Assembly (NCBI GenBank): GCA_044226015.1
Contig: JBGAHS010000006.1
Location: forward strand, 128,001-192,000
Direction: 5' to 3'
DNA from: Candidatus Obscuribacteraceae bacterium
GTDB lineage: Bacteria; Cyanobacteriota; Vampirovibrionia; Obscuribacterales; Obscuribacteraceae
Length of the DNA stretch: 64,000 bases
The position numbers and the translations under genes are program-made. This document shows positions 21,401 to 31,152 of this stretch, piece after piece (the first letter of the stretch is position 1; every line of letters begins with the position of its first letter). The notes beneath the pieces are model-generated. The model saw only the letters and a list, made by a program, of their open reading frames with translations. It was not told the origin of the DNA and searched no databases.

Positions 21401-22336
21401 TACAAAAAATGTCCGCGCTGCTCGTTCTCTTTTGCAATGGACACAAGAAATTGCATAAATGATGGAGAAGTGCTTCAAACGGTCGAACTAGATCCCGCAA
21501 TAATTTTCTCTTTCGGTGATAGGTATGAAATTGAATCTGTCATCGCCAGTGGTGGCATGAGTATTCTTTATCAAGCCCGCCATAAAATGTTAAATAGAAG
21601 TGTTGCCATAAAAGTCATGGACGCACAAATGGCAAAGAATCATGCCGCGGTGAAGCGCTTCCAGCAAGAGGCTCAGCTAATCTGTCAGATGAGTCATCCG
21701 AATGTGGTAATTGTGCATGATTTTGGTTCTAACAGCACAGGACAACCATTTATCGTGATGGACTACCTGACAGGCAAAACTATTTGCCAGCTTTTGGATG
21801 AAGAAGGTCATCTCCCCTGGGAGCGTGCAAAAAATATATTTCTACAAGTCTCTTCTGGCTTGAGTCATGCTCACAAACTTGGAGTTATCCACCGCGACAT
21901 TAAGCCCACCAATATTGTCGTTACCGTTAACGAATTTGGTGGAGAGCAGGCAACTATCGTTGATTTCGGCATCGCGAAAATGACTAACGATGACGCCAAA
22001 GAGAAGTTCACAATACATGGTGAAACCGTTGGTACGCCAATGTATATGAGCCCAGAGCAATGCAGAGGTTCCCTGGTTGATTATCGTACCGACATTTACT
22101 CGCTTGGCACTTTAATGTTTGAAGTGCTGACAGGTAAAACACCATTTATAGCGTCGAGTGCCTTTGATATGCGGCAAATGATTGTAACTGCGCCTCCGCC
22201 CAGGTTGGCAGATATTCGTCCAGACCTCATCATTCCGCCGGTTTGTGAAACTATAGTGAAGAGATGTCTTCAAAAAGACCCGTCAATGCGCTTTCAAAAT
22301 CTGGACGAATTGATTGCGGAGCTTTCGCAGTCCTGA
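18500..22336 (+). CDS. Receptor-like Ser/Thr protein kinase with a long low-complexity region
   Basis: Signal peptide, coiled coil, one TM, long S/A/P-rich linker, CPRC..C motif, kinase motifs VAIK, HRDIKPTN, DFG, GTPMYMSPE. Confidence 0.92.
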   Translation: MQRLHLTLAVLLLSQLLQSLPAEALTYDEIVLLTQAERKVFGSVDNSHSFDERIKALESNTGAHAAGSESKRIRAVCAKLGLIAPEPVTPAPIAAVTKDKAQKEKAQKERALKAEALRAKASEAKDQHRQAFLAMEQHPSQTTEAKALELKQKNELRQKIAEENKRKADEARKAQEARKAEERKAQEARKAEELRVAQEQRRVEEQRKASARAKVEAAKSKGSAGQHAATPKTTSSATASAPALLPDSVTGDSNQSSTTTDASRTSGVSENQNSAGNQSTAAEIGQNGQSSIGVIIAAVVVVLVLGCMGTVVFLFLKAAGNNPKETSFTGDEDPQDEQFPHRSRPTIDSGRSPSARASSSKKRLASDFDSANDDTVSSGTAESQLSAGVPVLVPPSSEELLPATDTSQREKFPLSAQDHSSPERNSFPQEEFPSAQEPTHPGQSAFPATQGFSASAQGGFSAPSQGGFPPAQGYSAPAQGFSASAQGFSAPARGMPESSASMPAVPVHIPQAQSQTSDPSFDSGFETPTPVQRKGSETFSVIESLLSREKQAIDAKKSLEEADVYVPDSASTESISSFKSLNSSTLPEESSDRTPDHDSSLSSAAMSSAPQSIPTEVIAGVMDALDSLPVASTSHPAPKHAAGFTSMQTGAASTTHATHSTPEALAAATEAAKAASTENTQQEQAAQAADTGSGAKEKRPFPFGTPKNTQNPSSRKAASQEDTITLSAEEVSVSLAGLGAKSEFLDDMHNAIGDAESDEQLAAFADAILSTAESSSQVVQNTIVASQHEAGQSSSVLSEQSSSTSGSTSASAAVVGNLRTPPVPPTSLSNSVPSQTPGVAQAPAYVPPQPANTPPVPPTPPVPPMPPTPPGSSAHAYPHESPAHKPTNKDLRGLFSGPVSEAETTSNYQPVAEELFSQSNEMVNTVSLAEVGNTDAVTNYAAASAETVQPQFKTVHDFMYEQKKPILYKKCPRCSFSFAMDTRNCINDGEVLQTVELDPAIIFSFGDRYEIESVIASGGMSILYQARHKMLNRSVAIKVMDAQMAKNHAAVKRFQQEAQLICQMSHPNVVIVHDFGSNSTGQPFIVMDYLTGKTICQLLDEEGHLPWERAKNIFLQVSSGLSHAHKLGVIHRDIKPTNIVVTVNEFGGEQATIVDFGIAKMTNDDAKEKFTIHGETVGTPMYMSPEQCRGSLVDYRTDIYSLGTLMFEVLTGKTPFIASSAFDMRQMIVTAPPPRLADIRPDLIIPPVCETIVKRCLQKDPSMRFQNLDELIAELSQS

Positions 22337-22453
22337 GTTCCAGACCCAAAGCGAAAGCAAAGGTCTCATGCTAAGATGTATTTAACAAGTCGGGCGTGAA
22401 CACCGCAAATGCTTACGAATCCGGCGATACAGGTGAATGCACCAGAGGTATAG

Positions 22454-22885
22454 ATGGAATTCCACAGGCTCGACGACAAACATATTGAGATTTTGGCTGG
22501 TGACTTGGCCCGCGGTGTTTGGAATTTTGCCAATCAGCAGATTAGCCGAGACGGCGAAAAAAGCATAGGTTTAGAGAGAAATACAAAGTCTCTCGAAATC
22601 CGAATGAAACGGCAGGTCAGCAAGATGGATACTCTGAGTGAATTACCCGTCGGAAATCTTGTTGGTATGGCGCTTGGAACTGCTTTCGGTCCCCTCGGGG
22701 GGCTCGCAAGTCAGGCTGTTGGTTTTGCAGTAGGTAAAAGCGACTTTCTTTGCATTGGCTGCCAGCTGCTCGACGGTCGAAAATTCATCGCATGGATGAG
22801 CAAAAGCGTTCTGGAGCAATGGGAGAAAGCAAGCAATATCTCCGCAGTTGACCTTAAAGAAAAGGAGTCCAAAGAAAAGAAATAG
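22454..22885 (+). CDS. Hypothetical protein
   Basis: 143-aa ORF with RBS (GAGG) and a Gly-rich hydrophobic segment. Confidence 0.65.
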   Translation: MEFHRLDDKHIEILAGDLARGVWNFANQQISRDGEKSIGLERNTKSLEIRMKRQVSKMDTLSELPVGNLVGMALGTAFGPLGGLASQAVGFAVGKSDFLCIGCQLLDGRKFIAWMSKSVLEQWEKASNISAVDLKEKESKEKK

Positions 22886-22891
22886 GCTCGC

Positions 22892-23971
22892 CTATTTCTT
22901 CTTGTCCGAAGGTGCCAGGCTTCTGGCGGCTCCCTTCAATTCCGGTGGAAGGTGATAATTCATCGAAACCAGTTCGCCCACAACTCGACGAGCTTCTTTC
23001 ACATTCGGGTCAGCCTCTAAAGCTTTAGCATCAACGCCGGCTTTGTCGTTCAAGTTCAAATATTTCTTGACGCTGTCTTGCTGAACAAGTTTGCCTAAAT
23101 ATGCTGCACGTGTGTCAGCAGAACTTACCAGGAGTCGTCCAGATTCCGCGTCGCTTGCATTGGCTTCTCTCATTTTTGAAACCTGATCTTTCAGCGACGG
23201 CTTCGCTGCAAGTTCGGCTTCTTTCGCCGCTAGCGCTGTTTCTTTTGCAGTTATCTCAGCCTGCCTTTCAGCGCTAGCAGATTTGCTTTGCTCAGCTCTT
23301 AACGTGGCTAATTCAGTCTGTGCCTGCTGATAGCCAGTCTCCCACAGGAATGCAGTTGTGTGACTCGACACAAACTTTTCGTTCTTCTCGATTTGCTGAG
23401 CCATTGCAACACGATCAAGTTTGTCGGCGCTTTCAATTGCTCGATTGAACTGCGCTCGGCTTGTGTCATCCAGAGTTGAGGTGGACTCGAGTTTCTTTAC
23501 CATTTCTGTAGGGTCACTTGATTCGAGTTTGTTCGCGACCGGTGAACCATTTTCGTAGCGCCTCAGCCCTGAACTGTCGTAAACAGCTTTGCCATCTGCT
23601 CCCAGCACTCTGCCTGCGCTATCTGTTTCAGCGTTGAGTTTGCCATCTTTTCTCACACTGCCATCATCATTTCTGAAAGGAGTGGCGCTTGAGCCATCAG
23701 GGTTTTTGCCCGACCAGGTGGGCAGGTGCAGCCCATGGTACTTAAGGTAACCATCTGCACCGATACTTGCTCCCGGAACGCCTTTGACAGGTCGGTCCGA
23801 GTCGCGCGATTCTTGCACCATTTTCTGAGGCGCTGTTGTGTCTTTGACTAGCGTGAGTTTTGGACCGCTAAAGACATCGTCCAGGAAGCGTTGCGCTGCA
23901 TTGTTTCCTTCGCTATTACTGTTATTCTCAAATTGATTTGCCAATTTGCTAGCTGGAATTACGTCAACCAT
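22892..23971 (-). CDS. Hypothetical protein (DG-rich beta repeats plus coiled coil)
   Basis: 359-aa ORF with RBS GGAGG; no Sec signal. Confidence 0.7.
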   Translation of the reverse strand: MVDVIPASKLANQFENNSNSEGNNAAQRFLDDVFSGPKLTLVKDTTAPQKMVQESRDSDRPVKGVPGASIGADGYLKYHGLHLPTWSGKNPDGSSATPFRNDDGSVRKDGKLNAETDSAGRVLGADGKAVYDSSGLRRYENGSPVANKLESSDPTEMVKKLESTSTLDDTSRAQFNRAIESADKLDRVAMAQQIEKNEKFVSSHTTAFLWETGYQQAQTELATLRAEQSKSASAERQAEITAKETALAAKEAELAAKPSLKDQVSKMREANASDAESGRLLVSSADTRAAYLGKLVQQDSVKKYLNLNDKAGVDAKALEADPNVKEARRVVGELVSMNYHLPPELKGAARSLAPSDKKK

Positions 23972-24246
23972 GTGGACCCTCCTGGGTGTGCAGAAACTAC
24001 ATCTACAGCGCTAACTGAGATGTTCAATATCACAACCCGGATGCCAATCCCTCTTTCATATTTATACGCACAAGACTTGATTCTGACAAAGTTAAAGTAG
24101 ATTCAGGCTTTTCTCATAGCTTCTAGATGACTATTAACAGTAGGTTTTGAGTCGTGACGTTTTTTGCTGAGATGAGTTCTAACTCATAGGCAGCTCTGGA
24201 GCAGTTTTAGTTATACTCAATTATTGGCAGTTGAGAGCGCAGATCA

Positions 24247-24615
24247 TTGAAAATTGGAACTGACATTTGTTCTATCAGTCGCATTCGAGCTGCCTACGGG
24301 AGATTTGGCGAGCGTTTCTTGCGGCGCATTCTAACTGAGAGTGAACGTCATTATGTGCTGAGCAACTCGAAGCATGTTTGTTCTCGTTTAGCCGGGCGGT
24401 TTGCTGCCAAAGAGGCGGCAGCAAAAGCACTAGGTACCGGATGGTATGGTCTTGATTGGAAAGAGATTGAAGTAACAAGGTTGAATTCTGGAGAGCCGCA
24501 ATTAAAGCTTCATGGTCGCGCAGTTGCTCTTGCAGCCAGGCGAGGGCTTAGTCGCTTTGAACTCAGCATCAGCCATGAAAGAGAATATGCTGTTGCAACG
24601 GTTGTTGCTCATTAA
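24247..24615 (+). CDS. acpS: Holo-[acyl-carrier-protein] synthase
   Basis: IGTDI, AGRFAAKEAAAKALGTG, LSISHE. Confidence 0.95.
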   Translation: MKIGTDICSISRIRAAYGRFGERFLRRILTESERHYVLSNSKHVCSRLAGRFAAKEAAAKALGTGWYGLDWKEIEVTRLNSGEPQLKLHGRAVALAARRGLSRFELSISHEREYAVATVVAH

Positions 24616-24730
24616 CTCTGAATTGTCTACAAACTGCGTAAAATACGAAGGACTTGCTGTCGAAAAGGGGAACAGTTCGGATAGTTCTTTGCGGAACGAT
24701 TTGATTGGCGAGGCTGTCCGGAGACATGTT

Positions 24731-25360
24731 ATGTTCGAGAGTGAGAATGTGAAACCAGGCTTTTCCTCAGCGTCCGACTCGCTACGCGACCATCTGCAAA
24801 GCGAGAATTTCCTTGGCGCTAGAGGACTATCACACAGAGCTGCTGACCTGGATGAAGTTGATGACCTTCGCTCTGGTCACACAGAGCGCCATGCGGTGGA
24901 AAGGTTGTCTTTCACCCCTGATGAGCGTCCAAGAAAAGGTCTGGATGCTGATGCCGAATCAATCGCAAATCACCTCAATGAAGGGCGTTCAGATCTTGCT
25001 GTTAGCAAGTTGAGCCATGACATGATGCATTTGAGCGTTGATGATAGCAATCGATTGCTCGTAAAAGTCAGTCAAAATGAGTTTCCTGAAATCGAAAATG
25101 ATGACAGAGGACACCTGCTTCTGAGTGATTGGAATGAGAAATACAATACATGGACACAAGTTTATGTAAGTGAGAGAGACCAGCTTTATCGATTTGTACA
25201 ACCTGGTAACACACTTTCTTCTATTGCATCAGATAGGCTTGGCACAAACGATAAGGATGCAGTGGATAAATACGTGCAAAATATTGCAGCAGTTAACCAT
25301 ATTCCTGCTCCAGACCTCATTCTTCGTGGGCAGGCGCTCAGGCTTCCTTATCCCGCTTAG
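24731..25360 (+). CDS. LysM-domain protein
   Basis: C-terminal VQPGNTLSSIA...IAAVNHIPAPDLILRGQALRLP; start re-called to ATG 24731 (GGAG RBS). Confidence 0.8.
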   Translation: MFESENVKPGFSSASDSLRDHLQSENFLGARGLSHRAADLDEVDDLRSGHTERHAVERLSFTPDERPRKGLDADAESIANHLNEGRSDLAVSKLSHDMMHLSVDDSNRLLVKVSQNEFPEIENDDRGHLLLSDWNEKYNTWTQVYVSERDQLYRFVQPGNTLSSIASDRLGTNDKDAVDKYVQNIAAVNHIPAPDLILRGQALRLPYPA

Positions 25361-25379
25361 TCTTCTTACTTTTCGTCTT

Positions 25380-27434
25380 TCAATGTGAATCTTTATTCTT
25401 TTTTGCTGGTTTCTTAGAGCTGCTGTGTTTGCCTTTTGAGTTCATCGTGTCATTAGACGTATCGCTTTTCTTCGATTGCTCTGTTGCTGGAGCTACCGCA
25501 GGTGGAGGATTATTTCGCAATGACTCGTATCTGGTTGCTTCATCCTGTTTGTTTTGAAAGCGTAAAATCTTGATGAGAGAATCAAGCACCTCTTGGTACC
25601 CAGAATCTGTTGTCTCTATGCCATTTTGGGACATGGATTCGATTGCTTTCCTATACCATCGCTCTGCAACAGGGTAATTCAACAAGGTTTCGTATGCTTT
25701 TCCTAATTCGATCAAAATGTCAGAATACTCAATTGAAAAGGTGCCACTATCAACCTTTTTCATCAAAGATTCAGCCGTCATGAGTGCGCTTACGGCAGGG
25801 CTCGCGTCAGCAAGCGCATTATCAACCCGACCCAAATTGTAGTAGAGTCTTACTCGGCTCATATCTGCGCGCTCGTCTGTTGAGTTTTGCAATTCACTTA
25901 TGCCATTTTTGAATAGAGTCCGAGCCTTTTCAATCTCACCATTCTCCTCAAGCTTCAATCCCTCGGTAAGAGCATAGTATTGGTCATCGCTCCATTTGCC
26001 ATCGTGATGGGAATTTACTCTAGAACTACCATACAAAAGACCTAGCATGATTACGACGGTAAAGAGCACGATTATTGGCTTTATAAGGTATTTGATATCG
26101 GAAATGTCGAAAAGGTTGTTTTCAGAGTCAACATAGTGCTCATAGGACTGCTCGAAATGATCAAGCATCGGGCTATGAAGTGTGCCATTTATTTTCCTGT
26201 AGGGAGCTGGAGACTTGCTCCTATTCACTAGTGCAGTGTTGAAATTTCCGCTAGCTCCCGGTGATTGATTTGCGGACTCCTGCGGATTAAAGGCTAGCCC
26301 GTTTTCGTCGTATTCCCAACAACCGCTTATAGCTCCTTCTTTCTGTTCAGGTGGTAAAGGAACTCCTCGTTGTCGTCGCCGTTTTAGAAATCTCCTGCCC
26401 TCAGGAATCGCAGCGGAGCCGCCACTGGTTTCGCTTTGACTGCACAACCACTCCGGTAAATCACTGATAACGCCGTCCAAAATTGGTAAGTTTTCTGGTA
26501 CTACGATCGGATCATCGAGACTGGGTATTTGCGCAAGAGGCAAACTAAGCAAATAACGAAGTGTGCGCGATGCTTCTCTGATTTGAGGATTGAAGTGATG
26601 CTCTAAGACGTGAAAGAGTTCGGACTGCTGCGGGTCTTCGAGATCTTCACGACGAAACAGTAGACACTCATCTCCGCCTTCAAAGTCATACCAAATGTGT
26701 GGATCGCAACCGGAAATCAACACGGAAAGATAGATCAGCCATGCAGAAAAATTGTCCAGATAAGGTCCGAAATCATGCTGCGTTCTCTGGGGATGTTGAT
26801 AGTTTGGATGACCTAGCTCATTGCTGGGCTTGCCTGCAAAGGCTGGTAGGAACATTCCGTCATAGTCAACGAGCTTGATTTGCCCGTCTCTTACAATGAT
26901 GTTACCGTGTTGCAGGTCACCGTGGGCGATACCATGGGTTTTTAGTTCAAGAACTGTGTTGCGCCATGACTCAAGAAACGATTCCAGGATTTCTTTCTCG
27001 CGTAGATTTGCCTGAAGCCAGCGGTTTAGTGTGATTCCCTCACACCATTCCATCTTAAGCATGGGTAAGATTCGGCTATCAACTCGAATACCTTCCTCCT
27101 GAAACTCGAACTTCACAGTGCAGGGCAACTGCAAAGACTCAAGAGATTGGTGTATTTCGCGATATCTTTCGACAATGTCTTGCTTTGACTGAAGAATGCA
27201 TCTGACCGCCCAACTGCTTTCCGGGCATTGCATTCGGTAGACGCTGGCAAACATTCCGCTTGTTGGCTTAGGTAAGCCAAGTACGTCGGTTTCCGGTGTA
27301 CCGTCTGCCAATTCGGGATCTAGAAAGCTAAAGCGAGGATTTTGAACCGCTTCATTATAATCTTGCGGTCCAGGCCAGGCCGCAACAATCAACTGTTTTG
27401 AGTCAATTTGCTCTTGTAGATGCAAACTAAACAC
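25380..27434 (-). CDS. Atypical protein kinase with TM helix and C-terminal TPRs
   Basis: SGMFASVY, WAVRC, HGDLQHGN, DYDG; one TM; TPR-like helices. Confidence 0.8.
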   Translation of the reverse strand: MFSLHLQEQIDSKQLIVAAWPGPQDYNEAVQNPRFSFLDPELADGTPETDVLGLPKPTSGMFASVYRMQCPESSWAVRCILQSKQDIVERYREIHQSLESLQLPCTVKFEFQEEGIRVDSRILPMLKMEWCEGITLNRWLQANLREKEILESFLESWRNTVLELKTHGIAHGDLQHGNIIVRDGQIKLVDYDGMFLPAFAGKPSNELGHPNYQHPQRTQHDFGPYLDNFSAWLIYLSVLISGCDPHIWYDFEGGDECLLFRREDLEDPQQSELFHVLEHHFNPQIREASRTLRYLLSLPLAQIPSLDDPIVVPENLPILDGVISDLPEWLCSQSETSGGSAAIPEGRRFLKRRRQRGVPLPPEQKEGAISGCWEYDENGLAFNPQESANQSPGASGNFNTALVNRSKSPAPYRKINGTLHSPMLDHFEQSYEHYVDSENNLFDISDIKYLIKPIIVLFTVVIMLGLLYGSSRVNSHHDGKWSDDQYYALTEGLKLEENGEIEKARTLFKNGISELQNSTDERADMSRVRLYYNLGRVDNALADASPAVSALMTAESLMKKVDSGTFSIEYSDILIELGKAYETLLNYPVAERWYRKAIESMSQNGIETTDSGYQEVLDSLIKILRFQNKQDEATRYESLRNNPPPAVAPATEQSKKSDTSNDTMNSKGKHSSSKKPAKKNKDSH

Positions 27435-27527
27435 CCGGTTCGTTTCTCAACTACATAATACCCCTAATTTCGAAGCAAGAGCAACCTTAAATAAGCCTGC
27501 CATAGCTGCATCGAACGTTTTGACCGC

Positions 27528-30065
27528 TTAAGACGAACCTTCTTGCTTGCTTACTGATTTTGCCAGAATTGCATTTGCAATGAGATAGATCAACGAAATT
27601 AGCGCAATCAGAAGACCTGCATAGAAAGGTTTGGGTACAAAGGTGAATCTTACTTCGTGCTTGCCAGGCAACAGGGAAACAGCACGGAAGAAGCTATTCG
27701 CACGGTATATCGGAGTGGTTACGCCGTCAATGGCGGCATTCCAGCCCTCATAATACTGATCGCTTAGTACGAGGTAGCCTGCTTGCTCGGAATTGACAGT
27801 TACAAGAACTGTGTTATTGCTGGAAGAGACAATTTGTGAAATATTTTCAGATGACTTCGACGGCAGCTTTTGAGCACTAGTTGCTGTATCAAGCTCGATA
27901 ATGGGCTGAGCTATAGGTTCGAATCTGTTTTTCCCAGCCTCAAACATCATGGATAGTGCTTCATCGTGTGATGCTGCTCTTCGCAAATTAGAGCAAAAAT
28001 AGGCACGCGGAGCTACCGACTTTAATTCGTAAAGCCGAATGTTGAGCCTTCGGTCCTCATTTATTAGTTGAAAATAGCGTGAGTCTAGCATTGGTACTAG
28101 CTCTAGTTGTGACGGAGTTTCGCTAAAACGAGTCGACTGAGTCAAAATAAACCGAGTAGCTGTTGCAAGGCAAAGTTTCGCTATCGGCTCGTCATCAGCC
28201 TGAGTACTGCTGATTCCCCTAGCCTGGCTTGATTTGGCATAACAGTTTTGCAGAAAATTGAAGTAGTCGCCTGTGCAGCTTGCTTCGAAACCGAAAGAGG
28301 AAAGCAGGCCAAAATCCATATTTGTATTTGGTCTGAGGATTTGACGACTGTACTGATATGCATTGATGGTAGCTTTTAGATTGTCATGCTCAGGGTTATT
28401 TTCATCGAGCACAGTGTTTGGAATGGTGAAATGTTCAAGATACAGACCCAGTACCCTGTATTCGTCTTTTTTATTTGCAGCAGTTCTTGCCAAGTACTTT
28501 TCTATCATTTGGGCAACAGCTGAACTCTTTTGGAAATAATTTCCATCCGCCGACTGTTCAGCTCTATGCATAAAAGGGTAAAGGAATAGACTCAGTGAAG
28601 CGGAAACCAGCACGCAGATCTTAAAACACTTTAGTGAGAGTTTTCTCCAAACGAAAGCAATACCGAGCAGGTTAAGTACGAGTCCGCCAATACCGTAAAT
28701 CAGGCATGATTTTGACATTTGTGAATTTGCTAGTGCCACCGCGTCTGGTGCAAAATTCAGGTACGCGTAGGGCAAGATTGGGACATTAGAACTCAGAAGT
28801 AAACCTGAAATGATCAGCACGAGCCAAACTGCAGCAGCTGCAAGAAAAGGACGAAACCCAGAGAGTGTGTCATCAATACCCTTTGCGGCGAACACTGCAA
28901 GAAATCCGACAAAGAAGAACATATGCTTTACAGGAAATCTGATTGGCAGATTGATAATGCTCAAAACTGCAGGCATTACGATCGTATTTTGACCCAGTGC
29001 TAAAAAGCCAAGCAAAACAAGCAACATGGCGAGCAGCGTTTTGCTTTTCCAGTTTTTATCAAATAAGCTCCAAATTGCAGCACTTATTAAGACGGGTCCC
29101 AAAAAGCAAGAACCCACATAGGGCAGCATTTGTCCTTGCATCACAAGGTTTCTAAACTCGGAATAGCGCAACTGTAAATTGCCCAGGGGTTGTGGCAAAA
29201 TTACACCAAGCAGGTCATACCAATTTGCGCTCAGCGTAAGAGTTTCATTCACGCTCAATCCGCTCTGTCTTCGTGATTGAGCAAGCCATTCTGCCGTTGG
29301 TAGCAACATGGGAGTCGCCAGCATGAAACCAAAGAAGAGAGATCTTACCTGGGTAAGCAGTGTCTGCTGAGCAGCTAGTGGATTGTCTTTTCGCCGCCTA
29401 ACGTAAGAGTGAAGAATCAAAAGTGTCAGCAATGCTATCTGCACCATGCTTATATCGGGCGACCCTGCAAGTATTTGCAACGCCACGAACACAGAGCTGA
29501 TTAATACTTCCCAGCTGCATTTTTTGTTTCTGTCTGAAATCTTGAGTTCGATCAGGCGCATCCCCCAAGCAGACAAAGGGCACCATGCCGCACTTTGAAT
29601 AATTTGAAATTCGGTGCACATCGAGAATGCGTAACCAGACATTGCAAAGGAAATAGCCGCAAGAAGAGCTGCTGCTGTTCCAAGCTCATAGCTGCTTAAC
29701 AACAAAAATGCACCAATTCCGAGCAAAAGCTGGTGAAAAATCATCGAAAGGGCTAAAGTGCAGTTGAAGGGTAAAATGGAAAAAATCCATGTGAACGGAT
29801 AGCAAATTCCCTGCAACGGAATGGCAGTTTGAGGCATGCCGCAGTAATTTAGCGGGTTCCATAAAGGGAAGTCGAGCCTGCGGATAGACTCTCCGACGAA
29901 TTTAGCCAATGGCTCAACGAAGTGAGTACCGTCTAGGTGAAAGATAGAACAGCTGCCATTTAGCCAGGGAAAATAGAAAGCAATCAAAACTAACGTTTGA
30001 AAAATTGCATAAAGAAGAAGCGAACGCGCTCTGCCACCTTTTGCAATTACGTTATCTGATTTCAA
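27528..30065 (-). CDS. YfhO-family membrane protein (GT-C glycosyltransferase-like)
   Basis: PLWNPLNYCGMP, many TM helices, C-terminal LVLSDQYYEGWNAAIDG...GKHEVRFTF. Confidence 0.85.
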   Translation of the reverse strand: MKSDNVIAKGGRARSLLLYAIFQTLVLIAFYFPWLNGSCSIFHLDGTHFVEPLAKFVGESIRRLDFPLWNPLNYCGMPQTAIPLQGICYPFTWIFSILPFNCTLALSMIFHQLLLGIGAFLLLSSYELGTAAALLAAISFAMSGYAFSMCTEFQIIQSAAWCPLSAWGMRLIELKISDRNKKCSWEVLISSVFVALQILAGSPDISMVQIALLTLLILHSYVRRRKDNPLAAQQTLLTQVRSLFFGFMLATPMLLPTAEWLAQSRRQSGLSVNETLTLSANWYDLLGVILPQPLGNLQLRYSEFRNLVMQGQMLPYVGSCFLGPVLISAAIWSLFDKNWKSKTLLAMLLVLLGFLALGQNTIVMPAVLSIINLPIRFPVKHMFFFVGFLAVFAAKGIDDTLSGFRPFLAAAAVWLVLIISGLLLSSNVPILPYAYLNFAPDAVALANSQMSKSCLIYGIGGLVLNLLGIAFVWRKLSLKCFKICVLVSASLSLFLYPFMHRAEQSADGNYFQKSSAVAQMIEKYLARTAANKKDEYRVLGLYLEHFTIPNTVLDENNPEHDNLKATINAYQYSRQILRPNTNMDFGLLSSFGFEASCTGDYFNFLQNCYAKSSQARGISSTQADDEPIAKLCLATATRFILTQSTRFSETPSQLELVPMLDSRYFQLINEDRRLNIRLYELKSVAPRAYFCSNLRRAASHDEALSMMFEAGKNRFEPIAQPIIELDTATSAQKLPSKSSENISQIVSSSNNTVLVTVNSEQAGYLVLSDQYYEGWNAAIDGVTTPIYRANSFFRAVSLLPGKHEVRFTFVPKPFYAGLLIALISLIYLIANAILAKSVSKQEGSS

Positions 30066-31152
30066 AAAGGTTTTCTCCTGGAGCAGAGATTGCTGTAGTC
30101 ACAGGCTCTCGAGCGAACGAAACAAACACCGATTCATTCACGATTTGCGCTTTTTGACTTTGTACTGTTATGCACGAGTTGAAAAAATCATCTATTCGAG
30201 TTGCTAGCGAAGAATTTTTCTCAACATGTCTAGCATAATAAATGAGTGATGAGACCGCAGTTCGCTGCTTGAGGGGGTCCCACAACTCCACTATGCGAAG
30301 TAAGTCATCAGCGTCTAATGCTTTCAATCCGAGTTGTTGAATCATTTTACGCGCTTCAGCCTTGAATGACTTCGCTACAACAATTCCAAGGGTGCCACGA
30401 ATACCAGTGGCATTAGCGAACGCCTCAAGGTCGACGACATCGTCCGGTTTTAATTCAAACTGTTTGACCTCAGCTGATATTGCTAGTTGTGCTCCGTCCC
30501 AGCCGTCTATGTCACCTACACGTTGCAATCGCTTAGAACCAGTTCTGACTTTATCTATTTCTATTTGCAAATGTGGGTTATCAGCTCTCAGAAATCCAAA
30601 TACAATTCCCTGGAAGGCTGCACCTGTAGGTTCATTTTTTCTGGCGGTGAGATCAAAACTCTCAAGCAACAATCGAAACAAGGCTGGTTCTGTTCGCACA
30701 GTGGACGGGTCAAAGCTCTGGTCTTGCAAGGTTCGAAGAACATAGTCGGCGACAAGTGCGCGCAATTCGTTCAGTTCATTTTTAGTGAATGCTGCCAGTC
30801 CGTCTAGCCAAGGAATGTAATCTATCCAGGCTTGTGTTGCGTGCGGCGCACAGCTAGGATAGTCAAATCGACTGTTCTCTGCACGGAAATATCTTTCAAT
30901 TTGGTTGTAGAAAGGACGCAAGCTCAATGTTCCGCCTTCTGGCAATGCCAGAATCAGAGTGTTAGCTCTTGCACCGCTCGCGGTGGCATCCTGTTTTGGG
31001 AATATTTTCAGTACGTCATCGAAACAACTACAGTTCAACTCTGGTATTCCGAGTTCATAGTAAAAATCAATGAAGGCTATTAAAAGCCCAGCTGAGAATT
31101 TCCGCTTAGAAAAGCCGGTGGTAAACTCCGTGAAAATGTCGTCAACAAGCAT
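30052..31152 (-). CDS. Putative restriction endonuclease (PD-(D/E)xK-like)
   Basis: GDIDG...AEVK motif; coupled to the MTase stop codon (TAATG overlap). Confidence 0.6.
   Translation of the reverse strand: MLVDDIFTEFTTGFSKRKFSAGLLIAFIDFYYELGIPELNCSCFDDVLKIFPKQDATASGARANTLILALPEGGTLSLRPFYNQIERYFRAENSRFDYPSCAPHATQAWIDYIPWLDGLAAFTKNELNELRALVADYVLRTLQDQSFDPSTVRTEPALFRLLLESFDLTARKNEPTGAAFQGIVFGFLRADNPHLQIEIDKVRTGSKRLQRVGDIDGWDGAQLAISAEVKQFELKPDDVVDLEAFANATGIRGTLGIVVAKSFKAEARKMIQQLGLKALDADDLLRIVELWDPLKQRTAVSSLIYYARHVEKNSSLATRIDDFFNSCITVQSQKAQIVNESVFVSFAREPVTTAISAPGENLFEIR

Noticed and set aside
24512..24730. Long N-terminal extension of the LysM ORF
   Set aside because: Overlaps acpS; a better RBS and ATG exist at 24731
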